A DNA stretch of 63,956 nt, filler included, from Octopus bimaculoides (Eukaryota), in the NCBI RefSeq assembly GCF_001194135.2. It is 6 parts of 4 records of this genome, joined end to end, with 100 filler letters (N's around TTAATTAATTAA, not from the genome) between each part and the next. Parts side by side here need not be neighbours in the genome. Positions count along the whole stretch, not along the records: positions 1 to 14,278 come from NC_069008.1; positions 14,379 to 19,994 come from NC_068983.1; positions 20,095 to 34,120 come from NC_068985.1; 3 more parts are not named here. The stretch is one strand, 5' to 3'. How positions within the stretch are numbered: the stretch's first letter is position 1; each line of letters starts with the position of its first letter. The notes beneath the pieces are model-generated. The model worked only from the letters and a program-made list of their open reading frames with translations, did no database searches and was not told the origin of the DNA. Position numbers and translations under genes: made by a program. Shown here in pieces: positions 11,193 through 24,122 of this stretch.

Positions 11193-11397
11193 CGTTGATT
11201 GTACAAACCCTCCAAAGTCCAGAATGTGTTCTGACCACGTATACTATTGTGACATTTTCCAACACATAGTCAATCGCCTCTTCTGTGTAAAGCCAGGAAT
11301 CTGTGGCCACAGCAAGGGCCAGAGTGACCAGGGCCACAGCCCCAGTCGAGAAGGACAGCACGGTCAACAGAAGTTGGTTGTTCATCGTCTGTGCCAT
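11193..11397 (-). CDS. CACNG: First coding exon of a voltage-dependent calcium channel gamma subunit / TARP (stargazin-like; CACNG5/7-like; PMP22-claudin superfamily)
   Basis: Translation MAQTMNNQLLLTVLSFSTGAVALVTLALAVATDSWLYTEEAIDYVLENVTIVYVVRTHSGLWRVCTIN(G) has TM1 followed by the A-(V/I)-x-TD-x-WLY and THSGLW-x-x-C signatures of CACNG/TARPs. ATG at 11397 (alternative ATG 11385). Canonical phase-1 donor G|GTGAGT after 11193. The paralogue number cannot be assigned. Confidence 0.9.
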
Positions 11398-12119
11398 TCC
11401 CAAAACCGATCGAGCTAGCGACGTCGTAGCGTAGTAAAGTAGTAAATAGTAGATGTTGACTGGTTGAGTGAGGGTTGGCGTGTGTATGAGTGAGAGTAGT
11501 GGGAGTTGGAGGAAGAGAAGGAGGAGGCGATTTTAAAACGGTTGGGGCCGTGTTTGTGGTATTGGAGTGGAGGTTACTGTGAAATGATGTGTGTGTGTGC
11601 GTGTGTATGTGTGCATGTGCGACAGCATTTATGTGCGTGAATGTAATTTATGTGTGTGTGTGCATGTGTATGTATGCATTTAGTGTGTGTTCGTGTATGT
11701 GTGCGTCTGTGTGTGAATTTAGTGAGTGCATGTGTGTCTGTTTATGGTCATCAATGCGTATACGTATGTATTTACAGTGGGTGTATGTGTGTGCTTACGG
11801 TTAATGTGTGTATATGTGTGTGTGTGTTTACGATGAGCGTGTGTGTGTGTGCGTGTTTACGGTGAATATGTGTATGTGCGCTTACGAAAGAGTGAGTGCG
11901 CGTGCTAGCGCACGACTGAATGGAGTCGCAGGCAGGGGGAAGAGACGGGGGTGGGTGAAAGTTGTTGGTTTGGTAGTGGTGGGAATGGAAGCACTGGTGC
12001 TGTTATTGCTGCTGTTGACACTCCAGCTACGTCCCAGGTCACCACTGCTCGAGCAGACGTTTATTCGAAGACACACCAGCCATGACAATATCGTCGGCTG
12101 GGGTTTCCAAGACCGTAGC

Positions 12120-12375
12120 GTGTGATTTAGGGGACATTTGGCTGCTATTTCTACAAAGTGTACTTACCATGTGGAGATCTCCAGTATTGGTTCATACATG
12201 TATGCATACATAGATACATACATGCATGCATACACACACAAGCAAACATACATACACACATACATACATATATACACATACAAACATGCATGCATACATA
12301 CATACATACATGAGAGTGTAGGGTGTGATTTTGAGGGAGATTTGACTGCTAATTCTACATGCCTAGGTACTATGC
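12120..12375 (-). repeat. Two inverted copies of the 1075-1950 array core upstream of the CACNG start codon
   Basis: gtgtgatttaggggacatttggctgctatttctac (about 12120-12155) and gtgtgattttgagggagatttgactgctaattctac (about 12323-12358) are reverse complements of the array core. Confidence 0.75.
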
Positions 12376-12521
12376 AGAGGCCATCCACCTTCTACGCCCT
12401 TGTCCCCACCACCACCACCACCACCACCATCTGGTATATTGGGAATAGATTTTATAGGAAATCATTATATACCCAAAACTTAACGAAATGCTGAAAGAAT
12501 GAATTATATATATATCTACAC

Positions 12522-12561
<40 letters not shown>

Positions 12562-12571
12562 ATATATATAT

Positions 12572-12770
12572 AGTTGAAATTTACAGAAACACAAAAGACG
12601 AAGACAGGTGTATGAAGAACAAGCAGGTATATTAGTTTGACGCTCGGGAAGGTGAGCAAGTCTTTTACATTTCGAGCCTACGCTCTTCAGCAGAAAGGAA
12701 CACGGGGAAATAAACAGAGAGAGAATGAAAAAAACCCTGTGGATTTAGCGCTCAATCATGGCGATAGATA
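12572..12770 (-). mobile_element. Short hammerhead-bearing element, family D, copy 1
   Basis: Homologous over about 190 bp to 35145-35300 and 63098-63275; abuts (TA)n. Confidence 0.85.
12661..12698 (-). ncRNA. Type-I minimal hammerhead ribozyme, variant core (CUGCUGA; stem III AUGU)
   Basis: Minus strand reads CCUUU-CUGCUGA-A-GAGC-GUAG-GCUC-GAA-AUGU-A-AAAGA. Confidence 0.55.
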
Positions 12771-12927
12771 GAGAGACAGATAGATAGACAGATAGATAGA
12801 CAGACAGATAGATAGACAGACAGATAGATAGATAGATAGATGGATGGATGGATGGATAGATATAGAGAGAGAGGCAGACAGGTAGGTAGGTAAGTAGGTG
12901 CGTGAATATGTAGATGAGTGTACAAAG

Positions 12928-13140
12928 GCGGGTGGCTAAGTAGTTATGGTGTTCGACTTTCGATCGTAAGGTTGTGACATCGAAACCCGTCGCCGCGTTG
13001 TATCCTTGAGCAAGGCACTTTATTTCTGGTTGCTTCAGGCAACTCAGCTGGCAAAAATGTGTTGTACTTGTATTTCAAAGGGGCCAGCCTTGTCATATTC
13101 CGTGTCACATTGATTCTCCCTGAGAACTACGTTAAGGGGA
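12928..13140 (+). mobile_element. SINE related to family B (different tRNA-like head, shared tail)
   Basis: Head ggtggctaagtagttatggtgttcgac, then tccttgagcaaggcac, then a tail cagccttgtc...gagaactacgttaaggg shared with family B. Confidence 0.7.
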
Positions 13141-13904
13141 CGCGAACCGACCAATGCCTTGTGAGTGGATTTGGCAGACGGAAACTGAAAGAATCCCCTC
13201 AAGCAATGTCGTTACCTAAGTGATTTTGTATCTTCTTGTTTGTCACTCGCCACCGCTTGTAAACGAATGAACCGGTGTTTATTCGTTTATGTCCACGGCA
13301 GTAGAGACCGATAAAATAAGTTCCAGGCCTTAAAAACGCAAAAGTGATAAGTAATTACGGTGGTTGATTCTTTTTAGTATTCTTGAAGGCGGTGCTACAG
13401 CATGGTCTTTGTCTAATACTTGAAAGATAAAAGGAAAAAAAAAGTGCATTCTCTCTAAATTGACGGAATCCTTCTACTGAGCGAAGGAGGTCCCCGCTTT
13501 AGAGCGAAGTGTGTAGGGTTGTGGGCAAATTTGTCTACGATTTCATAAAACGGGTCTCATTTTCTGGGGGAAAGATGAACAGAGCTCTGAAGACAATAGC
13601 GGAAACAACTGTGCAGGGTTCCAACTGGATCTGGTCAAAGAGGAATGGAAGAGAATTGCAGAAAGCCAAATCAGTTTATTCTGCAGTCAGCTATTGTCTC
13701 AGATTGAACTGGTTGCGACACCCAAGTTACTTTGGCTCTGGTATACCTGACCACCCAGGCTAACCCATTATCATTTAAACTGGTTATATCCAGCCCAGAT
13801 ATTCTCCCTGTTTTATTTTCAAACTAACCAGATCTGGCCAATCACACCTGTCCTACAATGTCAAAGTAAACAATGTTAATATAAAGCTGAAGATCAGTGC
13901 AAAA

Positions 13905-14262
13905 GAGAATACCTATGTTGAACAATTGAGAAATTTTCTTCGGTGACCGTTTGCCATCTTTCTGGAAACTTTATGATTCCGCGTTCATAGAAATTCTGGT
14001 CCTTATCAGCCAAAAACTGAAGCAAATGGGATTTCAGGTCATAATCATTATTGAAAGTTTTACCATTCAAAGAATTTTGCAAACTTCGAAATGAATGGTC
14101 ATCTGATGGTCCAAGGTCAGGGCTATGTGGGGGATGGGATCATCACTTCCCAACCAAGCTCCAGTAATTTTTCATGAGTTACCAAAGACGTGTGTGGTCT
14201 AGCGTTGTCATGGTGGGACACAATTCTTTTAAGATTTTCCAATTCTGTCCGTTTTTCTTTGA
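13905..14262 (-). mobile_element. Mariner (DD34D) transposase C-terminal pseudogene fragment
   Basis: HHDNARPHTSLVT...LELGWEV...HSPDLGPSD..FRSLQNSLNGKTF...FYERGIIKFPERWQ matches the mariner HDNARPH and YSPDLAP motifs. Confidence 0.92.
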
Positions 14263-14415
14263 TTATATATATATACATNNNNNNNNNNNNNNNNNNNNNN
14301 NNNNNNNNNNNNNNNNNNNNNNTTAATTAATTAANNNNNNNNNNNNNNNNNNNNNNNNNNNNNNNNNNNNNNNNNNNNGGATAGACTATAAAAAGGCCTT
14401 TGATAGCCTACCACA

Positions 14416-14510
<95 letters not shown>

Positions 14511-14528
14511 TTTATCATTATTATTATT

Positions 14529-14892
14529 GCCTTTGCACAGCTTCTAACGCTAGAGATGTACTATGGTGTCAGCTGTTCACTACCAGTGAACTAAGGTGAC
14601 ACCTCTTATTTATCGAGCATCTTCCGGAGTATTCAAGCGGTTCCAAGCAGTGCTGTTTTCTGCAAGTGCTCCACCCATATTGCAGCCCCTATTTGTTCCA
14701 TGTACTTCTCGAGATTTTTACTCACAGTTCCCAGGGCTCCGACAATTATTGGTACTACTACCACCTTTTTCATCGACCACAACTGCTTTACTTCCCAAGC
14801 TAACCTGTCATATCTCTCTACTTTTCTTTCTTCCTTATCGCATACCTTGTTGTCAGCTGGGCATGCTATATCTATGATCCAGCATAGTTTGG

Positions 14893-14896
<4 letters not shown>
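14529..14896 (-). mobile_element. 5'-truncated R4/Dong-type (RLE) non-LTR retrotransposon embedded in (TAA)n
   Basis: CWIIDIACPADNKVCDKEERKVERYDRLAWEV...VPIIVGALG is an RLE motif. (ATT)n flanks both sides (14418-14528 and 14897-14958). Same family as 37440-38188. Confidence 0.88.
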
Positions 14897-14959
<63 letters not shown>

Positions 14960-15169
14960 GATTTGTTCATCATGTACAAGTATATGCATATTCATCATCA
15001 TTTTATTTATTTTATTCAATTTTTTAAAAAAATTAAAGCATGTCTTTGCCAATTCCGGAGTGTATTGAACTTATTTTGTGCGTGCCTTTTGGCCCACCCT
15101 GTATTTCGAGTGCAGTTTTGGTCATGTATATATGTAGATCCTTGTGAATTTTAATCAGAGTTTGTAAGG

Positions 15170-16510
15170 CTAGCATGAGTAAGAACTCTAAGAATTTTAC
15201 TTCCACGTCGAACTAAAGGTTAAAAATGAGAAGGTAACATGAAATATTTAACCTCATTGCCAAAAGCTGGGCTGGTGCCCCTGTACCCAAAGACTGGACT
15301 GATGACATCTTAGTGTTTTGCTCAAAAGTAAAGGAGAAAAAGGAATTCGTGACCACTACCGTGGCCTCACATTTTTGGAAGCTGTTAGAAAAGTGCTTGC
15401 TAGACTTTTGATGAACAGCTCATGAAAGATATCTGTTATACAATCATCCTGAATCACAAAGTGACTTCAGATCAGGTAAAGGAAAAAATCAACATAATAC
15501 TCTCTGCTAGACAGATACAAGTGAAATGCACTAAGTGACAGTTACTTTTATATCAAGTCTGTTGACTTAACGAAAGCTTTTGAAACAGTTAACAGAGGTG
15601 TACAGCAGACAATCCTTGAAAAGGTCAAGTGCCCACCCCTGATTGAGGGCTCGGGTCGTCTTAAACGGAAATTGGTCTGACGAAGTTCCTATTGACAATG
15701 GAATAAAGCAAGGCGATATTTCTGCCCCCGCCCACACTCTTTTCTTTGCTGTTCTACTTACGCATGCAATCCACGGCTGTTAGGATATCCTCTTGCAGTT
15801 AAAAACTACTGGAAGAGCTTTCAGTTTTGAGAAGTTTCAGTGTCAAGTCGAAAAGCTAATCAGAGAACTCCTTTATGCAGATGATATTGACCGTCTGGTT
15901 CACACAGATGATGACATACAACACATTATGGGTCGTTTTACTGAGTCATGTACGACGTTAGTCTTAAAATATGCACCAGACGAACCGTATGTCGAACCAG
16001 ATACCGTGGGATACGATATATGGTTGGATGTAGTTAACACATTTGTTTACCTGGGCAGCAAGTTATCGAGAGATGGCTCCCAATAAACAGAAATACATCT
16101 ATGCATTCAGAAAGCATGTGCAGCATTTGTGAAGGTTGAAAAGAGCATCTTTGCAAATCGTAACATCAACAAGGCCAGGCTAAGCGTTTACAAGGCTGCA
16201 TACAAATGCTTTTTGTACTCTTCTGAAAAATGAGTATTTCCAAGATTGTGTATGTCAACCATCAGAAATCTCACGAAAGATCATCTATATACAACAAAGA
16301 CCGCGTGTAGCGTGTGAAAGGGCTTGCGAGTCGATTTCAGATCTGAAGGAACATGGCGGTTCACAAGGATCATCTTTCACAAAGTGGCCCGATCAATTCA
16401 GTGGACATTACAACATTCATTTGTCGCCTATGCTTCAAGCCATGCAAGTCTACTGCAGGACTGAATAGTCATCTGAGGGGTCATAGATGGAAGGTCAAAA
16501 ATTCCATTGA
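15170..16510 (+). mobile_element. Degenerate RTE-clade LINE (RT domain through C-terminal C2H2-like finger)
   Basis: YRGLTFLEAVRKVLARLL, VDLTKAFETVNR, NGIKQGDISAP, RELLYADDI, FVYLGSKLS, FICRLCFKPCKSTAGLNSHLRGH; many stops and frameshifts. Confidence 0.9.
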
Positions 16511-16785
16511 CAAGGAGGAAACTCAAAGAGACTGCAATCATCTGTAAAGCTGGAGCAATCACCATGTATGCATGTGACGTTCTTTTGATGAAGGAAACCG
16601 GAATTATTGTAATATTTACTTGTGTTTGTTTATTGGTTGCACACCCAAGACATTTTGTATATTCCATCTGCAAATTATGAATATTACGATTATTACGTAA
16701 CTTCTCAAACAGCTGCCAATTTAAGAAATCATATATTCTCCTCTTAGCACTCTAAATTTTTATGATCTATGTAAATATGTTAGTG

Positions 16786-16828
<43 letters not shown>

Positions 16829-16844
16829 ATATATATACATCTGT

Positions 16845-16884
<40 letters not shown>

Positions 16885-17214
16885 TATAGATGTGTTTATC
16901 TTTTTGAATATACGTAGCTGTATGTGTCTATTTGTATATGTGTGTGTGTGTATGTTATAATTTAGAACAAACAGTAAACGGTTGTCATTATAGTACTCGG
17001 AGTTTCGAATGTCGGAACGAAAAGCTACGATATATTCTTGATGACATACAACACACACACACAAACACATACACAAACACACACAAAACGTACACTGTTC
17101 TAAATTATAACATATATAAATAATCCTCCATTTATCTAATATCGTGGTCTCGTTCTTTTGTTGTTACTGTTTATTATTATAATTAATTATTCTTGTGGCT
17201 AATAAAACGAACGA

Positions 17215-17247
<33 letters not shown>

Positions 17248-17276
17248 GTTATTATTTTTATTATTATATATAATCT

Positions 17277-17669
17277 TTTAGTTTTTTACTTGTTTCAGTC
17301 ATTTGGCTGCTGCCATGCTGGAGCACCGCCTTTTAGTCAAAGAAAGCAAGCCCAGGACTTATTTTTTTGTAAGTCTGGTACTCAGTCTACCGGTCACTTT
17401 TGCCGAACCGCGAAGTTACGGGGACGTTAACACACCAACACCGGTTATCATGCGATGGTGGTGGAGCAGAACACAGACACAGAGATACACACACACAAAT
17501 AAATACATATATATCTACGACGGGCTTCTTTCAGTATCCGTCTACCAAATCCACTCACTAGGATTGGTCGGCCCGAGGCTATAGTGAAAGACACTTGCCC
17601 AAGATGCCACGCAGTGGAACTGAACCCGGTTAGGAAGAAAGCTTCTTACCACACAGTAATGCCTACGCC

Positions 17670-17670
<1 letters not shown>
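17277..17670 (-). mobile_element. SINE family A, full length, diverged
   Basis: Both halves are present, separated by a (CA)/(TA) spacer. Confidence 0.88.
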
Positions 17671-17727
<57 letters not shown>

Positions 17728-18282
17728 GTTGTTGTTGTACTTGGGGATGGTCATATTGCCAGTTTAGCCAATAAATCTTGCAAAACAAATATATATATAT
17801 ATATATATNNNNNNNNNNNNNNNNNNNNNNNNNNNNNNNNNNNNNNNNNNNNNNNNNNNNNNNNNNNNNNNNNNNNNNNNNNNNNNNNNNNNNNNNNNNN
17901 NNNNNNNNNNNNNNNNNNNNNNNNNNNNNNNNNNNNNNNNNNNNNNNNNNNNNNNNNNNNNNNNNNNNNNNNNNNNNNNNNNNNNNNNNNNNNNNNNNNN
18001 NNNNNNNNNNNNNNNNNNNNNNNNNNNNNNNNNNNNNNNNNNNNNNNNNNNNNNNNNNNNNNNNNNNNNNNNNNNNNNNNNNNNNNNNNNNNNNNNNNNN
18101 NNNNNNNNNNNNNNNNNNNNNNNNNNNNNNNNNNNNNNNNNNNNNNNNNNNNNNNNNNNNNNNNNNNNNNNNNNNNNNNNNNNNNNNNNNNNNNNNNNNN
18201 NNNNNNNNNNNNNNNNNNNNNNNNNNNNNNNNNNNNNNNNNNNNNNNNNNNNNNNNCAGACAGAAAGACTCATACGTATGAA

Positions 18283-18348
<66 letters not shown>

Positions 18349-18384
18349 CTTGCGTGTGCGTGTGAGTGTATGTGTGCGTGTGTG

Positions 18385-18540
18385 ATGGGCTTCTTTCAGT
18401 TTCCGCCTACCAAATCCACTCACAAGGCTTTGGTCGGCCCGAGACTATAGTAGACGCTTGTCCAAGGTGTCACGCTGTAGGACTGAACCCAGAACCATGT
18501 GGTTGGAAAGCAAGCGTCTTACCACACAGCCCCGCCTGCG
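18385..18540 (-). mobile_element. SINE family A, 5' half
   Basis: Family core plus head. Confidence 0.85.
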
Positions 18541-18721
18541 CGCGTGTATGTGTGTCAGTCTGTGTATGTATGTATGTATGTATGTATGTATGTATGTATG
18601 TATGTGCGTATGTATCAAGCCTAATTGTCTTTATCTGCATGGCCTCAGTCAAATGACTGAAACAAGTAAAAGAATAAAGAATAAAGAATACACACACACA
18701 CACACATATGCATACCTATAT

Positions 18722-18932
18722 TCTCTTTACTCTTTTACTTGTTTCAGTCATTTGACTGTGGCCATGCTGGAGCACCGCCTTTAGTCGAGCAAATCGACCC
18801 CAGGACTTATTCTTTGGAAGCCTAGTACTTATTCTATCGGTCTCTTTTGCCGAATCGCTAAGTTACGGGGACGTAAACACACCAGCATCGGTTGTCGAGC
18901 GATGTTGGGGGGACAAACACAGACACACAAAC

Positions 18933-18968
<36 letters not shown>

Positions 18969-19135
18969 GAATATATACGACGGGCTTCTTTCAGTTTCCG
19001 TCTACCAAATCCACTCACAAGGCTTTGGTCGGCCCGAGGCTATAGTAGAAGATACTTGCCCAAGGTGCCACGCAGTGGGACTGAACCCAGAACCATGTGG
19101 TTGGTAAGCAAGCTACTTACCACACAACCACTCAT
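18722..19135 (-). mobile_element. SINE family A, full length
   Basis: Closely similar to 54679-55082 from tail to tRNA head. Confidence 0.93.
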
Positions 19136-19748
19136 ATATATCTGTATGTATGCATATATATATATATATGTATATATATATATGTATATATATATATGTG
19201 TATATATGTATATATGTACAATCACACACACACACCATATATACACAGACACACCATTATAATACTTAGTAAGTCCTCGTTAGATATGGTTACATGAGAA
19301 CAGCAAAGCTTTTTAACCCCTTTGAGACATTGTAACATTTTGTTGTTGCTGATGTTGCTGATGATGACGTTGCTTTTATTATTATTGTTGTTGTTGTTGT
19401 TGTTGATTAGTCCTAGACCAATTTTGAACCAGTAATACTAGTGTCAAAGACGTCACACTCGTGACCTTCCTCTCTTTCAGATATATTCTAAGAATACACA
19501 ATCTGGAACTGCATAATATAATATGTTCTAATCTTATTTTAGACGCAAGGTGTAATATAGGATAACATTTGAATGCTATTTCTAACTGGTGGGGTACAAC
19601 GTAGTCTTCCACGTTGTCCTTTGATGGGAATGCTAAACATTTCTTAACATGAATGCCCCGTACAAGGACCATGGAAGAAAGGCGGTCGCGATTTCCTATA
19701 TAGAGAAATATGCTTGTATGTGTATAAAATGCCTTGAGTTATATGTAG

Positions 19749-19783
<35 letters not shown>

Positions 19784-21759
19784 TATACAATATATATAGT
19801 GTGTGTGTTTTTGTGTGTGTATATGTGTGTGTGCGTGTAAAAGTGTGCAAAAGTGTACTGTGTGTTTACTGCATATGTACGGTGTATGTTAAAATCACTC
19901 TTCATTGGATACATATCAAAAATGTAACAGATTCCCATTGTTTTACATAGTGAGTTAAAGATAACCTCGAATATACACACAGCTTTCTATCACCNNNNNN
20001 NNNNNNNNNNNNNNNNNNNNNNNNNNNNNNNNNNNNNNTTAATTAATTAANNNNNNNNNNNNNNNNNNNNNNNNNNNNNNNNNNNNNNNNNNNNATGTAC
20101 GTATATAGATTTATATATATCTATATATGTATATGTCTATTATATAAAATACAGATGTGTGCGTATTCACTTTTAATGCGAAAACGACTTCAGCAATTAC
20201 TTCGGCATCTTTGAAGCGTGAATAGTTTGACCTGGGATATATAAGGTCCTGATTTGATTTTTTAATTTAAATTTTAAAAAAATATTGCTTTTTATATTAC
20301 ATTCACGTCTTTCAAAGATTTTTAAATATTTACCTCCGGTTTTCTACCGTCAGTGACGTAACATATATCTTTATGTATATCTTTATGTATATCTTTATGT
20401 ATATCTTTATGTATATCCATCTCTCTCTATATCTCTATCACTTTGTAACATATCTCTCTATTTATATCTCTTGTTTTAACTTTCATTTTCTCAGACGCTA
20501 TTCTTTTCATTTTCAATTTTCACACGCCATTGTTTCACTTTCCCGTTATTGTTTTCATTTTAAGTCTACGATTTGAATTGCTATTTACAAACAAACGACA
20601 CATTACTGACAGAAAGAAGTTCACAGTTACTGATGTAAATAATTTCGTAATTGTCTGACAGATATATCTTCATTAATTTCGCTTTAATCCGTACGGTTTC
20701 CTATTTTTCTATTGTCGACGGTTTCTTTCTGATTCCTTCCATGCTGGCTCTTTTGTTCACTAAGTGGCAAATTTCTCTTCAACCCGTACAATACTTTATT
20801 TTATGTTAAAATTTATTTGCTTTCTGCCCGTCGTATTAAGAAACATAATTTCCGTTACCAAGTTATTTTCATTGCTTACTATCTTCTGCAGTCTTATATT
20901 TCTGTATAATCGACATCACTACGGATTTCTGTTCCCACCACCAAATTTTACTGATCATAAATTTCAGAAAAATGGATATTTTTTAATAAACTTTTCTACG
21001 GATAAGTGTCCATTTTGTATATATACAATTTTGGGAGGTAAGTGTTTATTTCCATTGCTTACTATCTTTTACATTCATGCATTTCTGTATACACAAACTA
21101 CGAATATATCATGTTTTTGTATATATCTGTGCGTCTAAGTGTATGTGTGTGTGTATGTGTGTGTGCATGTGTGTGTAAATGAAAAGAAATTGGTGATATA
21201 CAATTCTCAGCTAAAAAAATACAATTCATTATCATATTTTAAAATATTATGTTCATGTAATAATATAATATGATAAATAATAAATATTAAATAGAAATTA
21301 TGTACAATTGTTTCGATTATTACTCATAATAATGTTTTAAATCCGCGTTTTTGGGCAAGTGTGGTATATGAGGAGTTACAGATAAAAAACAGACTGAATT
21401 TAAATATGTTTGTTTTCAGGTGTGGTCGTCAATAGTTAAAAAGAAAAACGAAGATAAAAATAAAAAATAAAATATGAGAATTATTTTATATTACGGTCAT
21501 AAGATGTATTTGCACACTATTAAGAATTTTAATCTAAATATTTTTTAGCGCAATATTTAAAAGGAACAATATTTAAAAGAAAACATGGTGAAATAAGAAA
21601 TATCCATTTTGTTCTTTCATAGTATTGAACAATACATGCTATTATAATGACAATATGGTATTTGTTTATTGGTATATGGCAAATTAATATTAAATACGTT
21701 ATAATCTCTAGTCAAATAGCAAATAATATAAATTTCGTGGCAAGTAATTATTTTATACC

Positions 21760-23880
21760 CGATTTATCAATATCTCCTCGTGTCACAGCTTTGCGATGTC
21801 CCTCTACTCTTATTTTGAGGGGGTGATACGTTTCGCCTTTGTATAACCTACCACAGCTGCATGGGATGGAGTACACGCAGTTTTTGGTCATATCCCCTAT
21901 TCTCTTCTATTGGTGGTTTTATCCGAAGGCGATATTTACTAAGTGTTGTATTACTCTTAAATATTGCCCTGATGTCATATGCGCCGTATATCTTTTGTAT
22001 CTTTCGGAGAGGCGTTTCACATAGGGTAGACGGACTGTAGACAGTTTATTGGCTTCATCCTCTCTTTTCTTCATATTTGGAGTGGATAGTATATTTAGGG
22101 GGTAGTTATTGCTTAATACATTGTTACTGAGCTTCATCATTTCTTCGTGGTCGGTATCACGATCACTGCTCATATTCTTTGCTCGATGTTTTAGGCACTG
22201 AGCAATCCCTCTCTTTACACTGTATGGATGGTAGGAATTGAAGTTAAAATATCGTCCAGTGAAGGTAGCCTTGCGGTATATGGATATCCTGAATCCATAT
22301 TTGGTGCATGTTATTAATACGTCCATGAAAGCTAGCTGATTGTCTTTGCTTTTCCATTATGGACGCTATGGATGGCTTTATTGAGTTCACATGATCTAAC
22401 AGCACTTGGACATCTTCCTGCTGGGGCCAGAGTATAAAGGTGTCATCAACATATCGCAGCGATAGTGTTGGTTTTACTTGTGTTAATCCTAAAGCCAAAT
22501 TCTCAAAGTATTCTGTGTATATATTGGCTATTATCGGTGATAATGGCGAACCCATAGCTAAACCCTCTTCCTCTCGATATATATCAGTGTCCATTCTAAA
22601 ACAAGTAGTTTCTTCACAGAAGGTCAAAATTTCCATCATGTTTCTCATTGGTATACGAGTGCAATCTTTTAGATGGGTGTCTGTCACTACTTTTTCTTGA
22701 ATCAGAGATAGGGTTTCAACAGTTGGGACTTTGGTGAACAGACTTATCACATCAAGACTCATCGTCTGGTTGGATTCATGGGATTCATGGGGGCATCCTT
22801 GATCAATTCTGTGAAGTGGGTGTAATTCTTCACGTACGATGTTGACTTGACTTTCCTGCTTATGGACTGATAATATCCACAAGGAAGCGGCTCAGTGGAT
22901 GACATACTGTACTTCTACAGCTCACTATAGATCTTAATGAAATACCATCCTTGTGAATTTTAGGGAGACCGTACATGTGTGGTAGTTTACTGTGGTGTTG
23001 AGTCAGTTGTCTCTAGTTGATTGGTGTAAAGTGATCCTTGTTCTTGATCAAGATCTGTGACAACTTCCTCTCTGTTTACAGATTTGGGTCTTTCTTTTCT
23101 TTGCTGTATCCACCATCACTTATAAAACTTGTCAATTTTTTCCGAGTAGTCGGACTTGTTCATCACCATTGTAGCACTTCTCTTGTCCGCTGGAAGTATT
23201 ACGGTGGAATTGTTACTCTGTTGTCTTTTGATAGCGAAATTTTCTTCGTTAGTGATGTTTGGTTTGGGAAGTTTCGCATTTTCTAGTACTTGTCTCACTT
23301 TCCCCCTTAGTTCATCTCCTTGAACTTTTGGTATCTTGACGGCTCTTCAATAGGGGTTATTATGTCTTCAACAGGGGCTATTATCTCTTCAATAGGGCTA
23401 TTATATCCAAGTATGGAATGCGCTTGATGGTTATCGCAAATTTGAGACCTTTGTTTAGTACTGCTTTTTCAGAGCTTTCGGCTACTTACATTAATTACTG
23501 CTTTCACAGGTGGGTGACGGACTTCAGGCTTCATTCTCTGACATTTGAGTTTCAGAAACTTCTTAATATGGTGGGTCTTCACCATTTCAGATTCTTTCAT
23601 GTACGAATTTTATAGATCTTGGTGGATTCTCTTTCTATCATCTCTGGTTATTTTCCTAAGTAATGAAGATAACCTCTATTTGATTTCGTTATTTACTGAT
23701 ATTTTTTCCTACGGTTGTAATGAATTTTCTCACGGACGAGGACATGTTCTGCCCTTTCCGCTACTCTTCTAGATTTATATGAATCCACTGGTGGCATTAT
23801 ATTCAAGCCAGGTGGCATTAACTTAGAGTTTTTCTATATGTCTCCGTTGAAGTCTAATGTCGGTTCCGTACCGATTAGAT
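21760..23880 (-). mobile_element. Penelope-like element (RT plus GIY-YIG), decayed, 3'-truncated
   Basis: SLDVISLFTKVP, GLAMGSPLSPIIANIY, LRYVDDTF, YRKATFTGRYFNFNSYHP, and the GIY-YIG motif NCVYSIPCSCGRLYKGET at about 21830-21890. Confidence 0.93.
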
Positions 23881-24047
23881 AATACAGTTCTATATTTAAG
23901 AGATGAGGACAACAAACAAAATGAGGATAAATATCTGTCAAAATGTAAATAATGTAAATAATGCCCTTGTCCATTACAACTGCGCTCTTAACCCCAAGAT
24001 TCCAAGTTCAATTCCTGGCAGTGACCTGAATTATAATGATGATAATG

Positions 24048-24120
<73 letters not shown>

Positions 24121-24122
<2 letters not shown>

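Noticed and set aside
11882-12088. 68-aa minus-strand ORF upstream of CACNG (possible uORF or extra exon)
   Set aside because: No homology, no convincing splice sites recognised and the TSS is unknown; not supportable without transcript data.
14323-14334. Identical TTAATTAATTAA 12-mers centred in about 100-nt N runs (also 20039-20050, 34165-34176, 48560-48571, 61381-61392)
   Set aside because: Artificial six-frame-stop linker inserted during scaffolding; not biological.
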